Source: Trueperaceae bacterium (GTDB lineage Bacteria > Deinococcota > Deinococci > Deinococcales > Trueperaceae). Taken from it: DNA of 64,000 bases. The stretch lies in NCBI GenBank assembly GCA_965213705.1, contig OZ243913.1:2688001-2752000 (forward strand). Direction: 5' to 3'. Each line of letters begins with the position of its first letter. Within the stretch, counting starts at the first letter, position 1. This document shows positions 30,791-42,028 of this stretch, one piece after another. The notes below the pieces were generated by a model, which saw only the letters and a list, made by a program, of their open reading frames with translations, searched no databases and was not told the origin of the DNA. A program made the position numbers and the translations under genes.

Positions 30791-31445
30791 CGGGCAAGGA
30801 TTCGAACCGATTCAAAATGAGTATTCTGCCCACCGGCTGCCTTGGTTCCTGTTCGCTACACTCAGCTTGCACCGCTTTTGTAAGCGACTCAACCAAAACA
30901 CATAGCGTACCCTTTCTGTTTGATTTCCTTGGAATTAGGTGTGAGCAGAGCGAAAAGAAAGAATACGGACTAGCGATAAGAAAGCGAACAACTCTTCCAA
31001 GGGGAGCTGTAGTATCGAAATCCGTATCACCCATAGGTTTCCACTGTTTTTGCCTAACTGCCTGTGCTCTGAGAGCTGCTTCAGCGGCTACTGTCTGTGC
31101 GCAGATTGCGCGCAACAACCGCAAAAGATGTGTCTTTGAAATTCACTGTCTTCTCTAGCACTTCCCTGTTGACAGCAAGATGCTTTTGTCGCGCTATAGT
31201 CTAACTTTGGTCTAAGACAGTACGCTCCGCGCAGGTTTATCGACGTCATGACATCTTCTCAACTTCTCGACCACTTATGAGACGATGGTTCGCACACGCT
31301 GCTGCAACCCACCTCTCAGCGCTCGGGGTACTCCGTTACTCGTCCCAACACGCCTTAGAGGACGGTCAAGCCGTATACTGACCCGTAGTACCGAGCTGGC
31401 GATTTTGGGGCGGGGGGTCGGTGGGTGCTCGAGCCGGGGGAAGGT

Positions 31446-31962
31446 TTGAAAGAGAGTATCCGGCCGTCGGGAAGCCGGCTGAGGACGTTGCGCGGGCGAC
31501 TCTCACTGCGGGACGAGTTTGCCCTGGCGTTTCTGCCGACGGTGACGGTTTTGCTGGATTTTTGCGCTGGTCGAGGTACTCAGCCGCCAACGCTTGCTGT
31601 TTGCCTCGCTGGCCTCGTCAGCTTTTTTAATCTACCTCGACCCCGAACACGGCATGAACAGCGCCCGCACCCTCGTGACCGCACAGATGGCCGCGGCGCT
31701 TATCGGACTGGCCGTCCACGCGCTGCTGGGGCCGGGCTACTTGGCCGGGGGCGTGTCGATGCTGCTCACCATCACGCTCATGATTTTGCTCGACGCGGTC
31801 CACCCGCCGGCGGTGTCCACTGCGCTGGCCTTTGCGTTTCGGGCGGGTCAAGACAGCAACTTGCTTGTCTTCGCCCTCGCCGTCGGCGTGACCGTTACAC
31901 TTTTGGGTATAGAGCGGGTGACGGTGTGGCGCTTGGCCGTGCTCAAACGGAGGAAAACGTGA
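31446..31962 (+). pseudogene. HPP-family membrane protein, frameshifted near 31556
   Basis: 'LFASLASSAFLIY', 'HPPAVSTAL'; the N-terminal part (RDEFALAFLPTVTVL) is in another frame. Confidence 0.65.
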
Positions 31963-32450
31963 ACGACGATTCAGGTTCACCGGTCTACGGGTCGTGGCTG
32001 AACATTTTGCTGCCCATCGCCCTTATCTTCGGTCTCGTTTTGCTGCTGACGCTGGACGCGGGTGGTGGCGTCGCCGAGCGCGCCGAGAGCAACCCGCTCG
32101 AGTCGTGGCTCAAAACGAGCGTCGACTACATCGCTACGGGCGCGGAGATTGCCGCGGCGCTCGTCATCGGGTTGGCGGTCGTGCGGGGCATCCTGAGCTA
32201 CGTAGTCAGCCTGTTCAGGGGCGCGCGCGTGTCCAGCACCGAAACGATTCGGCTCAGGCTCGGGCGCGTGCTGACGCTGGGCTTGGAGTTTACCGTTGCC
32301 AGCGATATTTTGCGCACCGCCGTGGCGCCGACGCGCCAAGACATCTTAAACCTGGGGGCCATCGTGCTGCTCCGCACTTTGCTGAACTACTTTCTGGAAC
32401 AAGAAATCCGTCAGGGCGAGCGAAGGCGCGGTAACCCCTCGAGCCTCTGA
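31959..32450 (+). CDS. DUF1622-like membrane protein
   Basis: 'RLRLGRVLTLGLEF..ASDILRTAVAPT...RTLLNYFLEQE'. Confidence 0.8.
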   Translation: MNDDSGSPVYGSWLNILLPIALIFGLVLLLTLDAGGGVAERAESNPLESWLKTSVDYIATGAEIAAALVIGLAVVRGILSYVVSLFRGARVSSTETIRLRLGRVLTLGLEFTVASDILRTAVAPTRQDILNLGAIVLLRTLLNYFLEQEIRQGERRRGNPSSL

Positions 32451-32628
32451 CCGGTACACGTCTCGCTTTTTGTCGGCACGGTCAAACAGCGAGCGGGAGG
32501 CGCGCCCGGACTCGGCCGCTATCACGCCCTTTGGAACCGGGTCGTGTGCAAACGCACACAAACCCCCTACAAAAAGCCGCTAGACTTGCTTTACCATCCC
32601 GCCTAAAAGCGGGCAGAAGGGGCCGCCG

Positions 32629-33573
32629 TTGTTCTTGTCGTCGAAAAAAGTTAATGGGCTCGTCAAACGAGCTTCACCGAGCAACCTTGCCAGTCGTTTT
32701 GAAAAGATGGCCTATGCCTACGGCCTCCGGTCGACGGCGAGCCTGACGTTGCCCGACTTTCTCTGCATAGGCTTTCGTAAGTCGGGAACAACCTGGCTTT
32801 ATGAAAACCTGCACTTTCACCCCGAGATTTACCTTCCCCCGTACAAAAACGTTCGTTACTTCAGCAACGACTACAAGCAGCCCCTGGCGAGCTACGCCGC
32901 ACACTTCAAAGACGGGCGCGGCAAGGTCAAAGGTGACTTCTCCAACGGTTACAGCTTTATCGACAGCCGCCGTATCGACTTTATCGCCAAGGTCATGCCG
33001 CACGTCAAGCTCATCGTGCTGTTGCGCAACCCCGTTGAGCGCGAGTGGTCCGAGTTTATTCACAACGTCACCGAAGCGGGAGAAAAGCTCGAGCACCTGG
33101 GCGAGGCGGAGATTTTGGACCGGCTCGAGAGGAGCGCGCTGCTCAAGGCGGGCGGCTACAACGCCGTGCTCGACAAGTGGCTCAGCTATTTCCCCGAAAA
33201 CCAGGTATATATAGGTTTGCGCGACGAAATCAAACGCGAACCCCAAAAGCTCCTCAGCGAGGTTTTTACCTTTCTGGGGGTGAGCAGTGAGGTGGACTGG
33301 TCGGCTTTTCCTTACGAGGCCGTCATCGTGCCGCCCGTCAACAAAGAGTTTCAGTTAGAGGGCTACGACCCGTGGCGGGGTGTCCGGGTCGAGAACTACC
33401 GGTCGGCGGCCAACGACATTCCGGCGGTGTACCGACAGTTTCTGGCCGAGAAGCTCGCGGCGGAGCTGGCACGCTTGTCGCAGCGTTTTGGGGAGCGGGT
33501 CGCGCACTGGCAGGACGCCCCGGCAAAAGAAATGGTGGACGAGCGCGCCAAAGTCACAAGCGGGGTAGGGTGA
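32629..33573 (+). CDS. Sulfotransferase-family protein
   Basis: PAPS-binding motifs 'IGFRKSGTT' and '[10 protein letters not shown]'. Confidence 0.82.
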   Translation: MFLSSKKVNGLVKRASPSNLASRFEKMAYAYGLRSTASLTLPDFLCIGFRKSGTTWLYENLHFHPEIYLPPYKNVRYFSNDYKQPLASYAAHFKDGRGKVKGDFSNGYSFIDSRRIDFIAKVMPHVKLIVLLRNPVEREWSEFIHNVTEAGEKLEHLGEAEILDRLERSALLKAGGYNAVLDKWLSYFPENQVYIGLRDEIKREPQKLLSEVFTFLGVSSEVDWSAFPYEAVIVPPVNKEFQLEGYDPWRGVRVENYRSAANDIPAVYRQFLAEKLAAELARLSQRFGERVAHWQDAPAKEMVDERAKVTSGVG

Positions 33574-35251
33574 CTCCCCGCTGACCCTGGTACTTGCCCG
33601 AGCGGTCTCTGTAGGTAGTTTCGGGCCGCTCGCCCTGGAAAAACAGCAGTTGCACGATGCCCTCGTTGGCATAAACTTTCGCGGGCAGCGGCGTGGTGTT
33701 GGACAGCTCGAGGGTGACGTGGCCTTCCCAACCGGGTTCCAAAGGCGTCACGTTGGCAACGATGCCGCAGTTGTGGACGAATACGCCCGCTTCCAGGGCA
33801 AAGTTCCCGGCTCCGGGGACGGTAAGGCAGTAAACGTCGTGGTCGCCTGGGAGCGCTCTAACGGACGCAACTTTGTGGTTGCGTGGTGTGGCTTGGCCTC
33901 TAAACGCTTCGACCACCTCGGAAAAACGCCGAAAGACGGAGCGGTCACAGTTGAGGGCTCGAGCCGCCCCGCGGATGGACCCCGTCAAGTCGAGGGCGGC
34001 CCGAATGGCTTTAGCGTCTATCTCATCCCGCAGCTTGACGCCGCGCGCAACCTCGCGCTGCTTGCTTCGCCGGGCCTCACCACTTTCGGCCCAGACACGC
34101 TGTGAGCGTTCGCCCTGTGCCCGACGCGCTTCATCGTTGTCTGCCCAGAAGTCACGTTGGCGGTCCGCTTGAACCTGACGCGCTTCCGCCGACTGCCAAA
34201 AGGCCCGGTGCTTGCCCGAAAGTTCAGCCCTTGCGTCCGTATAGTCCGCGTCGTGCCAAAAAGCTAGAGCACGTTCTCGCTGCGCCTCATGAAACCGTTC
34301 ACGCCAGACGGGGTCTTGCCCGAGTCTTGCGAGCGCGTCCCGAATCGCCGCGCCGTGGGCCTCAGCGTCGAAACCGTATCCGTACGTGTCGGCGTTGTGA
34401 TACCGAATGTGCTCGCCCGCATCCATCCGCAGGATGTTCCGGGGGTCGTTGTTTTGCCGGTTGTGGTCGAGGTGATGGCGGTGGGTATCGGGAGCATCCT
34501 CGTAGATGCCGTTCGCTAGGTTCCACTCGTCCGCGAGGCGGTGGGTAGGATAGGAGTAACCGGTGAGCGGCTGGTAAACCATTTCGTAGCCCCTGAACAG
34601 GTTTCGGTAGAGCGGCATCAGGGCATCGTTCGGACGCAGTGCGGCGGCTTCAACCATGCGTCCGTCACGGCTTATAAAGAGGTGGTCGGGGGTGCAGTGA
34701 ACACGTTCACCGCTGTCGAGCGTGATTTCCAAGAGGCTGTCACGCCCGATGAAGCGCGGCGCGTCCAGGTGAGTGACGACGACGCGTCCGTGCCTGCCGA
34801 CGCTGTAACCGAAAAACCGTTCGCCCCTTAGGTAACGCTCAGCCATCTGCTCGAGGCTCAGCGAAGTGCCGTCGACGAGGGCGACCCGCGTATCACCCCG
34901 GAAACAGCGCGCGTAGGACGACTTGCCCAGCGCGACGACCATCACGTCTTCAGGCACCCGCATGTACTCGACCGACCTCGTCAGCGCGAACGAGTTCGGC
35001 GGGATGATGCAGGTGTCCCCGTCAACCTCGACGAGGCTGTCGGTGTCGAAGTTTTTGGGGTCGACGACCGTGTTGAAGGCGTTGACGAAGATGCGCCACT
35101 CGGGTGCGGCCCGCAGGTCGTAGCCGAACGAGGACAGGCCGTAGCTGATGACGCCCTTGTTCCCCTCGTTGCGCACCAGACGGTCTTCAAACGGCTCTAT
35201 CATGCCCCGCAGGGCTTGTTCACGTATCCAGCGGTCGGGTTTGATGCTCAT
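33554..35251 (-). CDS. dcd: dCTP deaminase containing an intein
   Basis: '[11 protein letters not shown]', 'GKSSYAR|C', '[16 protein letters not shown]', 'YQGQRG'. Confidence 0.93.
   Translation of the reverse strand: MSIKPDRWIREQALRGMIEPFEDRLVRNEGNKGVISYGLSSFGYDLRAAPEWRIFVNAFNTVVDPKNFDTDSLVEVDGDTCIIPPNSFALTRSVEYMRVPEDVMVVALGKSSYARCFRGDTRVALVDGTSLSLEQMAERYLRGERFFGYSVGRHGRVVVTHLDAPRFIGRDSLLEITLDSGERVHCTPDHLFISRDGRMVEAAALRPNDALMPLYRNLFRGYEMVYQPLTGYSYPTHRLADEWNLANGIYEDAPDTHRHHLDHNRQNNDPRNILRMDAGEHIRYHNADTYGYGFDAEAHGAAIRDALARLGQDPVWRERFHEAQRERALAFWHDADYTDARAELSGKHRAFWQSAEARQVQADRQRDFWADNDEARRAQGERSQRVWAESGEARRSKQREVARGVKLRDEIDAKAIRAALDLTGSIRGAARALNCDRSVFRRFSEVVEAFRGQATPRNHKVASVRALPGDHDVYCLTVPGAGNFALEAGVFVHNCGIVANVTPLEPGWEGHVTLELSNTTPLPAKVYANEGIVQLLFFQGERPETTYRDRSGKYQGQRGVTLPRL
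33770..34906 (-). mobile_element. Intein (379 aa) with HNH-type endonuclease
   Basis: Block A 'CFRGDTRV', block B 'CTPDH', blocks F/G 'VYCLTV...GVFVHN|C'; '[17 protein letters not shown]...EHIRYH' HNH motif. Confidence 0.9.
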
Positions 35252-35734
35252 GACGAGACGGTAGCATCTTTTGTGTTCAGAAGGTAGCATTTTTGCGAGG
35301 AGAGGACCGCTTTTGGCGCGCACCGCCCTTTCGGGAGCGAGGTTGCAGACAACGTCGCTTAGACCGGAGGCGTCTACCGAGTCACCGACCTTCACACCAA
35401 CATGCCCCAAAAAACGAAACAAAAACAGTGTAAAAGGGATGAAAGACCGCTATGACCAGTGCCAACGGCTCGAGCCGAACCTTGTCGAGAGAAAGGGTTA
35501 CAACACGGCACGCCCCGGGTCAGACCGCGTCGTCGACCTAGTATTTCAGGTTCCCATAAAGGATTATCCCGAGTGGAATGGGAAAAAGAATTCCAACCAA
35601 GAGCCGAAAGACCTCCACCGGGTTTATTCGACGTGGTGTCGCAACCCGCATTAGAACTGGACATCAAACGAGCAGCCTTTGAGAGCACCGAAAGTCGAGG
35701 AACGCGGGAGTTGTAGGAAAAACCTTCGGATTTG

Positions 35735-36877
35735 CTATTCGCCGAGCACCCGCATCACCACGAACTTCAAATAGCGTCCTTCGGGAAAATTCAGCGGTAC
35801 CGGGTGGTCGAGGGCGTGGCCCGCTTCGTGAATCGTTTGGGCCCGAACGCCCGCTTCGCGCGCCGAACTCGCCAGCATTTCCAAAAAGTCGTTGGGGGCG
35901 ACTTGGGCGGTGCAGCTCGAGCTGACCAGCAACCCCCCCGGCCGCACGCAGCGGAGCGCCAGCGTGTTGAGTTTGCCGTAAGCGCGCAGGGCGGCGAAAC
36001 GGCTTTTTTTGTCCTTCGCCAGCGAGGGCGGGTCGAGCACGACGAGGTCGAAAACTTTTCCTGCGGCAGCGTACTGCTTGACAAGTTCGAACACGTCGGC
36101 GGTCACGGTTTCGTGGCGCCCTGCGTCGAAACCGTTCGCCGCCACGTTGCGCACCCCGTCGCGGTTGGCTGCCTCGGCGATGTCGACGCTTTGCACGTGC
36201 TGCGCACCTCCCGCGAGCGCGTAAACCGAAAAGCCGCCGTTGTAGCTGAACAAGTTGAGCACCGTCCGCCCGGCGGCAAACGTTTGAACCGTTTTGCGGT
36301 TTTCGCGCTGGTCCAAAAACAGGCCGGTTTTTTGGCCTTCGTACAAGTTGGCGATAAACTTCAAGCCGTTTTCGCGCACCGTGACCTCGGGCGGCGGGGG
36401 TTCGCCCCACAGGGGCTCGAGCCCCTGCGCGGTACGCCTCACGACGCCCTTGACGCGTTCTTTGGCGAGTGCGCCCACAACGTCGCCGAGCACAGTCTCG
36501 ACGCTGTGGGCGTAGGTTTTGACGACCACGTAGCGGTCGTAGCGGTCGGCGACGATGCCGGGCAGGCCGTCACCTTCGCCGTAGAGAAGCCGGTAAGCGT
36601 TGGTGTCGTCGGCAACGAAGGCTCGCAGTGCCAGGGCGTCCCGCACGCGCGCGCCCAGCCAGGCCCGGCTCGGCACCTCGGCCCGGCTGAACAAACGCAC
36701 GCCCACAGCGCCTTTTGAGTCGTACAGCCCCACCGCGCTCGCCCGCCCCGCTTCCAAACGCACCCAGTCGCCGCTTTGCAAGCTGTGGTCGGGAAGGTGG
36801 TTGCGGTAAACCCAGGGATGGCCGGAGGCCAAGGCGGGCTCGAGCTTAGGGCCTAAGTTGAGCGTGGTCAAAGTCAC
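35735..36877 (-). CDS. RlmI-like SAM-dependent rRNA methyltransferase
   Basis: 'GHPWVY', 'GEGDGLPG', 'GQKTGLFLDQRENR', 'DPP', 'DHP..FPEGRYLK'. Confidence 0.88.
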   Translation of the reverse strand: MTLTTLNLGPKLEPALASGHPWVYRNHLPDHSLQSGDWVRLEAGRASAVGLYDSKGAVGVRLFSRAEVPSRAWLGARVRDALALRAFVADDTNAYRLLYGEGDGLPGIVADRYDRYVVVKTYAHSVETVLGDVVGALAKERVKGVVRRTAQGLEPLWGEPPPPEVTVRENGLKFIANLYEGQKTGLFLDQRENRKTVQTFAAGRTVLNLFSYNGGFSVYALAGGAQHVQSVDIAEAANRDGVRNVAANGFDAGRHETVTADVFELVKQYAAAGKVFDLVVLDPPSLAKDKKSRFAALRAYGKLNTLALRCVRPGGLLVSSSCTAQVAPNDFLEMLASSAREAGVRAQTIHEAGHALDHPVPLNFPEGRYLKFVVMRVLGE

Positions 36878-36887
36878 GGCTCGAGTC

Positions 36888-37562
36888 CTAAAACGGAAAG
36901 TACGACACCGGCCGCGGCGTCCACAAAGGTTCACCGTAACTCGCGTCGATAAACGTACCCCAGTAGGCGGCGCGGCCCCGGCGGCGGCGGTACACGTCCG
37001 GCGTGACGGTTTCCGAGGCGGCCTCGCCGGTGAACTGGCTCTTGTAACAGCGCACCGCTTCTTCCCACACTTCAATAAAGCTAGAAGTATCGACGATGAG
37101 GGTCGCCGAAAAGGGGCCGTTGCCCATGTAGTAAAAAAAGTTCTGCGGCTTGAACGGCTCGCCCGACAAGGGGCTGTTTTTGAGGCCGGCTAGGTGCAGG
37201 GCGGCGGGCGCGATTGAAGCGGCGGCGACGTGGTCGGGATGGCGGTCGTTGGCGTGGGGCGCGACCACCACGCGGGGCTGCAGTTCGCGGAGCACGCGGG
37301 CGAGTTGCAACCGCTTGTCCTCGCTGTCGAAAATGCGCGAGTCGGGCCAGCCCAAGTTGCGGCGCACGTCTAAGCCTAAGACTTTGCTGGCGGCGGCGGC
37401 TTCCTGGGCTCGGGTCTCCGGCGTGCCCTTGGTCGCCGCCTCGCCGCGGGTCAGGTCGATGATGCCGGTCGTATACCCTTGCGCCTTGGCCCGCGCCAGG
37501 GTGCCACCCATGCCCAGTTCGGCGTCGTCCGGGTGGGGGCTCACCACCAAAAGGTCTATCAC
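36888..37562 (-). CDS. bshB1: Bacillithiol biosynthesis deacetylase
   Basis: 'HPDDAELGMGG', 'DLTRGE', 'RHPDH', 'YKSQF'. Confidence 0.85.
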   Translation of the reverse strand: MIDLLVVSPHPDDAELGMGGTLARAKAQGYTTGIIDLTRGEAATKGTPETRAQEAAAASKVLGLDVRRNLGWPDSRIFDSEDKRLQLARVLRELQPRVVVAPHANDRHPDHVAAASIAPAALHLAGLKNSPLSGEPFKPQNFFYYMGNGPFSATLIVDTSSFIEVWEEAVRCYKSQFTGEAASETVTPDVYRRRRGRAAYWGTFIDASYGEPLWTPRPVSYFPF

Positions 37563-38179
37563 GGTTTCTCCTCCAGCACAACTTTTTCCCCCAAACGCCG
37601 CTCGACGCCCGCCGCAAGCCGCTTGATGTTCTCGCGGTGCCGGTAGATGACGAGCAGCATAATAGCCACCGTGAGAAAAAAGTACGGAAACAAAAAACTG
37701 CCCTTCGCCAGAAAAAACAGCGGCGCGACGATGACGCCCACCAGCGAACCCAAAGAAACGTAGCGGCCGAGTGCGATGGTCGAAACGCCCAGGATGATGA
37801 CGAGGAGCGAGATGAACGGGTCAATGGCGAGCAACACGCCCAAACCCGTGGCGATGCCGCGCCCCCCCTTAAACCTTAAAAAGATGTTGAAGTTGTTACC
37901 CAAAATCGCCGCGAAGCCGGTCAGCGCCACGGTCCAGGCGCTCATCCCGAGAAGCAGCGGGAACAGCGTTGCCAGGTAGCTTTTCAAGGGGTCGAGGAGC
38001 ACCACGACGACGGCCGGCACCACACCCAAAGTCCGCAGGATATTGGTCGCGCCGATGTTGCCCGAGCCGACCTTTTGGATGTCGACGCCGCGCGCTTTAG
38101 CCAGCAAGTACCCTGTGGGTATACTGCCCATCAGGTAGCCGATTGCCATAAAAATGAGGGTAAACAGGATGCTCAACAA
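37559..38179 (-). CDS. plsY: Glycerol-3-phosphate acyltransferase
   Basis: 'GSGNIGATN', 'FKGGRGIAT', 'RHRENIKRL'. Confidence 0.93.
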   Translation of the reverse strand: MLSILFTLIFMAIGYLMGSIPTGYLLAKARGVDIQKVGSGNIGATNILRTLGVVPAVVVVLLDPLKSYLATLFPLLLGMSAWTVALTGFAAILGNNFNIFLRFKGGRGIATGLGVLLAIDPFISLLVIILGVSTIALGRYVSLGSLVGVIVAPLFFLAKGSFLFPYFFLTVAIMLLVIYRHRENIKRLAAGVERRLGEKVVLEEKP

Positions 38180-38467
38180 GATGACTTCTTATAACACGCT
38201 CCCCCGGTCGGACGTGGCGAAAGACCCCGCAAAAGAAACAAAAAGAAAGGCTCGAGAAACTACCCCGCCCGGTGCCGGGTTTCGGCGTGAGCAGGTTTGT
38301 CGCTGACCAGGGACGCAAAAAGCGTGTCGGGCTGTGTGGCCTCGGTCGGCTTCTGCGGTGGCTCTTGCAGTAGCTCCTACAGCAGTTTTCTTATCGCCTT
38401 CTCACAGGAAAGGTACAGTGAGGCGTGACCATACCGTACTGTTCGCTGGGACGTGGGGCTGCGACTT

Positions 38468-39118
38468 GTGGCTAAGGTCGCCGCCCTGCTCCCCGCTGCC
38501 GGCCGGGGCTCGCGCTTGGGGCGCGGGCCGAAGGCGTTTTTGCCCTTCGGCGGCACCTCGCTGTTGAACTTTACCCTGCAAGCTTTCGGCGGACTTGTCG
38601 ACGAAATCCTCGTGGCAGTGTCGCAAGACATGTTGACCGAAGCGGCGCGGCACGTAACTGGGGCGGCCGTCGTCGAAGGGGGCGGCACGCGCCAGGAAAC
38701 GGTGCGGAAGCTGCTCGGGGCCACCCGCGCCGACATCGTCCTGATTCACGACGCGGCGCGCCCTTTCCTGGCACGCTCGCTCGTCACCGAGGTGATAGCG
38801 AGCGTGTCGGCGACCGGCGCGGCCTGCGTCGTCACGCCGGTCGCCGACACGCTCGTGACGTTGCGAGGTGACGCAGTCGACCGGGCGGGGCTGCGCGCGG
38901 TGCAAACGCCGCAGGGTTTTCGGCGCGACCTCGTTTTAAACGCGCACGCGCGCGCGCTGCAAGGCGGCGTGCAGGCGACCGACGACGCCGCCCTGGTGCG
39001 GCGTGCGGGTCACGCGGTGAGTTTTGTCGAGGGAAGCGCTTGGCTCATGAAAATTACCACCCCGGACGACTACAGTCTGGCGCAGGCGTTGGTCGAGGCG
39101 TGGCGTGATAGAGCTTAA
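38468..39118 (+). CDS. ispD: 2-C-methyl-D-erythritol 4-phosphate cytidylyltransferase
   Basis: 'AAGRGSRLG..PK', 'IHDAARP', 'QTPQGF', 'TDDA', 'KITT'. Confidence 0.92.
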   Translation: MAKVAALLPAAGRGSRLGRGPKAFLPFGGTSLLNFTLQAFGGLVDEILVAVSQDMLTEAARHVTGAAVVEGGGTRQETVRKLLGATRADIVLIHDAARPFLARSLVTEVIASVSATGAACVVTPVADTLVTLRGDAVDRAGLRAVQTPQGFRRDLVLNAHARALQGGVQATDDAALVRRAGHAVSFVEGSAWLMKITTPDDYSLAQALVEAWRDRA

Positions 39119-39926
39119 AGCCCACGCCAAGGTCAACCTCGGCTTGAGCGTCCTGGGCAAGCGCGGCGACGGTTTTCACAGCCTCGACACGCTGTTTGTG
39201 CGTCTGGACTTGCACGACACGGTGCAGCTCACACCGACACCTGCGGGCGTCGCACTGCGGGTCGAGAGTCCCGACCTGCCGAGTGACCGGCGCAACCTGG
39301 CGTTCGGGGCGGCCGAACTTTATTTTGAACATGCCGGGGCGGGCGGCGTGCGGCTTAATCTGCACAAACGCGTCCCCGTTGCCGCCGGGCTCGGCGGCGG
39401 TTCGGCGGACGCGGCGGCCGTGCTGCGCGGTCTGGCGCAGCTTTATCCGTCGGGCGTAGGTTTGTTGGAGCTGGCCCAAAAGCTCGGCTCGGACGTACCG
39501 TTTTTTGTTCGTGACTTGCCCGCGGCGCGCGGGCGGGGGCGCGGTGAACGGCTCGAGCCCGTCACCTTGCCCCAGGCTCACCTCGTTTTGGTCAACCCGG
39601 GCGTCGCGGTCAGCGCCAAGGACGCTTACGCCGCGGTGACGAAGTACGACGAGCCCTTGGACGTCGCCGCGCTGCTGGCGAGTTTGCAAACCGGCACGGA
39701 GGTCGACTTACCCAACACCCTGCAGGCCGGGGTCGTGCGGCTGGCGCCCGTCGTCGGAGACGTGCTCACCGCGCTACGAGCGACCCCACTGCGCGGCGTG
39801 GCGATGTCGGGCAGCGGTTCGACCTGTTTTGGCCTGGCTCGAGACGAAGCGGAAGCCACCAAAATCGCCGCAGAGTTGACAGCAGCCCACCCGACTTGGT
39901 GGGTCAGGTCGGCAAAGACGGTGTGA
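39105..39926 (+). CDS. ispE: 4-diphosphocytidyl-2-C-methyl-D-erythritol kinase
   Basis: 'AKVNLGL', 'PVAAGLGGGSAD', 'GSDVPFF', 'MSGSG'. Confidence 0.93.
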   Translation: MIELKAHAKVNLGLSVLGKRGDGFHSLDTLFVRLDLHDTVQLTPTPAGVALRVESPDLPSDRRNLAFGAAELYFEHAGAGGVRLNLHKRVPVAAGLGGGSADAAAVLRGLAQLYPSGVGLLELAQKLGSDVPFFVRDLPAARGRGRGERLEPVTLPQAHLVLVNPGVAVSAKDAYAAVTKYDEPLDVAALLASLQTGTEVDLPNTLQAGVVRLAPVVGDVLTALRATPLRGVAMSGSGSTCFGLARDEAEATKIAAELTAAHPTWWVRSAKTV

Positions 39927-39998
39927 GGTGGGCGCACCTCACGCCGTCTTCGGTGGGGAAAGCGAAGCGGCAAAAAAACGATTCGTTCCCTGCTCGGC

Positions 39999-41039
39999 TC
40001 AGCTCGCCTCTACCGGTACAACTCTTTTGGGCGTGACCGGCCGGTTTTGTTCGGCACTTTCGTAAGAGGCCAGGACCAGACGAACCGCCTCGAGCCCGTC
40101 CTCGCCGGTGCAGATGACTTCACGCTCGCCGCGAACCGCCGCCAAAAAGTTGGCGACGTGGCGGCCGTGGTTCGTCTGAGCGTCGCCCTGGGTCGGAAAG
40201 TTGTACACCGCCACGTCGGTGTCGCCCCAGGTCGTGCCGGGCGAGGTGCGGAAGCGGTGCTTGAGAACCGGGCTGTCCCACCGGTTGGTGTATTCGAGAG
40301 CGCCCAGCGTTCCGTAAATCCAAAAGCCCTCTTCCCAACCCGTCGCCGTCCACGCCGCCTCGACACTGCAGAGCGTGTCCGACGCGAACCTCAGGCTCAC
40401 GACGGCGGTGTCTTCGACCTCGACATCGAACTTCAGCGTGGCGGTGCGGGCGTACAAGTCGACCACCTCGCCGCCAAAGTAACGCGCCAGGTCGAACATG
40501 TGGCAGCCGTTGTCGAGCAGCGTGCCGCCCCCGGCGTTCGCTTTGGTACCGAAGCTCGGCCGCACCGTTTCGGCCCCCGCCCAGTCGTGCGCCTGACGCA
40601 ACTTGACAAAGGTCACCCGGCCCAGCTCGCCCGAATCGACGAGTTTTTTGGCGTGGTAAGCCGCGCCGTTCGAGCGCATGTGGTGACCGATTTGCAGCAC
40701 CACGCCCGAGGCTCGGCAGACGTCTATCATCTCCTGGGCCAGCTCCAGGTTGAGCGAAATCGGCTTCTCGCAGAGCACGTGTTTACCTGCCCGCGCCGCG
40801 GCGACGGTCGCCGGGTGGTGGTACGCGTTGGGGGTGCAGACGGACACGGCTTCGACCTCGGGCAGCGCCAGCAGGTCGTGGTAGTCGGTAAACGTCTGCG
40901 GCACGCCCCACTGTTTTTGCCGCGCCGCCAAAGCCGCGCCGTTGACGTCGGCGATGGCGACCACTTCGGCCCCGGCCGCGACGTAGCTCAGGAAGTGACG
41001 GTCCGATATGCCGCCGGTCCCGATGATGCCCACTTTCAT
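39999..41039 (-). CDS. Gfo/Idh/MocA oxidoreductase
   Basis: 'GIIGTG', 'GKHVLCEKP', 'GGGTLLDNGCH'. Confidence 0.9.
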   Translation of the reverse strand: MKVGIIGTGGISDRHFLSYVAAGAEVVAIADVNGAALAARQKQWGVPQTFTDYHDLLALPEVEAVSVCTPNAYHHPATVAAARAGKHVLCEKPISLNLELAQEMIDVCRASGVVLQIGHHMRSNGAAYHAKKLVDSGELGRVTFVKLRQAHDWAGAETVRPSFGTKANAGGGTLLDNGCHMFDLARYFGGEVVDLYARTATLKFDVEVEDTAVVSLRFASDTLCSVEAAWTATGWEEGFWIYGTLGALEYTNRWDSPVLKHRFRTSPGTTWGDTDVAVYNFPTQGDAQTNHGRHVANFLAAVRGEREVICTGEDGLEAVRLVLASYESAEQNRPVTPKRVVPVEAS

Positions 41040-41827
41040 CAAACGTGCTCCTTACCCGGGTTGGGAACGGGCTCGAGGGCTTGCGGGTTTGGGCACTTGC
41101 TCGAGTCGATTCTGACCCGCGCCGCCGTCCACTTAGCCGCGTTGGCGATGACGCGCAAAACGTGTTCGTTTTTGTAAGTCGGGTAAGTTTCGTGACCCGG
41201 CCGAAAATAGACGACCCGCCCGTGCCCGCGCGTCCAGGTGCAGGCGCTCCTGAAAACCTCACCGCCTTGAAACCACGAAATCATCAACAGTTCGTCCGGC
41301 GTCGGGATGTCGAAACGCTCGCCGTACATCTCCTCTTGCGGCAGCTCGAAATAGTCGGGCACGCCCTGCATGACCGGGTGAGCGGGCGCTAGGTTCCACA
41401 ACCGTTCTTTTTCGTCGGCCTCGCGCCACCTCAAAGAGCCGTGGGTCCCCAACACGCGCTGAAAAATCTTGGAGAAGTGTCCCGAATGCAGCACGACGAG
41501 TCCCATACCGCTCAAAACTTGCTCGTGTACCCGCGCGACGACGTCGTCGCTCACCCGGTCGTGCGCCATGTGGCCCCACCACAAAAGGGTGTCGGTCGCC
41601 GCCAACACCTCTTCGGTAAGGCCGTGTTCGGGGTCCTCCAGCGTGGCGTAACGCAGTTCGAACTCTCCCAGTTCGGCGATGCCCGCGCCGATGGCCGCGT
41701 GAATCCCGTCGGGGTAGATGGCGGCGACGTGCGCGTCTTTTTCGTGCAAGAACTCGTTCCAGATGGTCACCCTGGTCTCGTGCGCCCGGTTGTCACCCGT
41801 TTGGGTCGTGTCTCGTTGGTTTTTCAC
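41039..41827 (-). CDS. thuA: ThuA-like trehalose utilisation protein
   Basis: 'WNEFLHE', 'WWGH', 'LHSGHFSK', 'EEMYGE', 'PGHETYP'. Confidence 0.85.
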   Translation of the reverse strand: MKNQRDTTQTGDNRAHETRVTIWNEFLHEKDAHVAAIYPDGIHAAIGAGIAELGEFELRYATLEDPEHGLTEEVLAATDTLLWWGHMAHDRVSDDVVARVHEQVLSGMGLVVLHSGHFSKIFQRVLGTHGSLRWREADEKERLWNLAPAHPVMQGVPDYFELPQEEMYGERFDIPTPDELLMISWFQGGEVFRSACTWTRGHGRVVYFRPGHETYPTYKNEHVLRVIANAAKWTAARVRIDSSKCPNPQALEPVPNPGKEHV

Positions 41828-42028
41828 CTTGGCTCCCGTCTCGTCCGAGTCCGCTGGGACACCGGCATAAACACCGATTGTAACAAAGCCGACACCGGTC
41901 GCTGTTAGATTTTTAAACGCTTCGACCCGCCACGCAGACTATCTTGGAGTTCCGGTGCAGCCGGAACGTTTGAACCCTTGCAGCTGAATCCTTGCAGCGG
42001 CAGCGTCCGGGTTCAGGTGAGGAGCTGA

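Noticed and set aside
30762..31158. Short ORFs in the AT-richer patch after the response regulator
   Set aside because: No recognisable motif or start signals; possibly a decayed gene but not supportable.
31425..32450. 341-aa fused ORF
   Set aside because: Artefact of the HPP frameshift reading into the separate DUF1622 gene.
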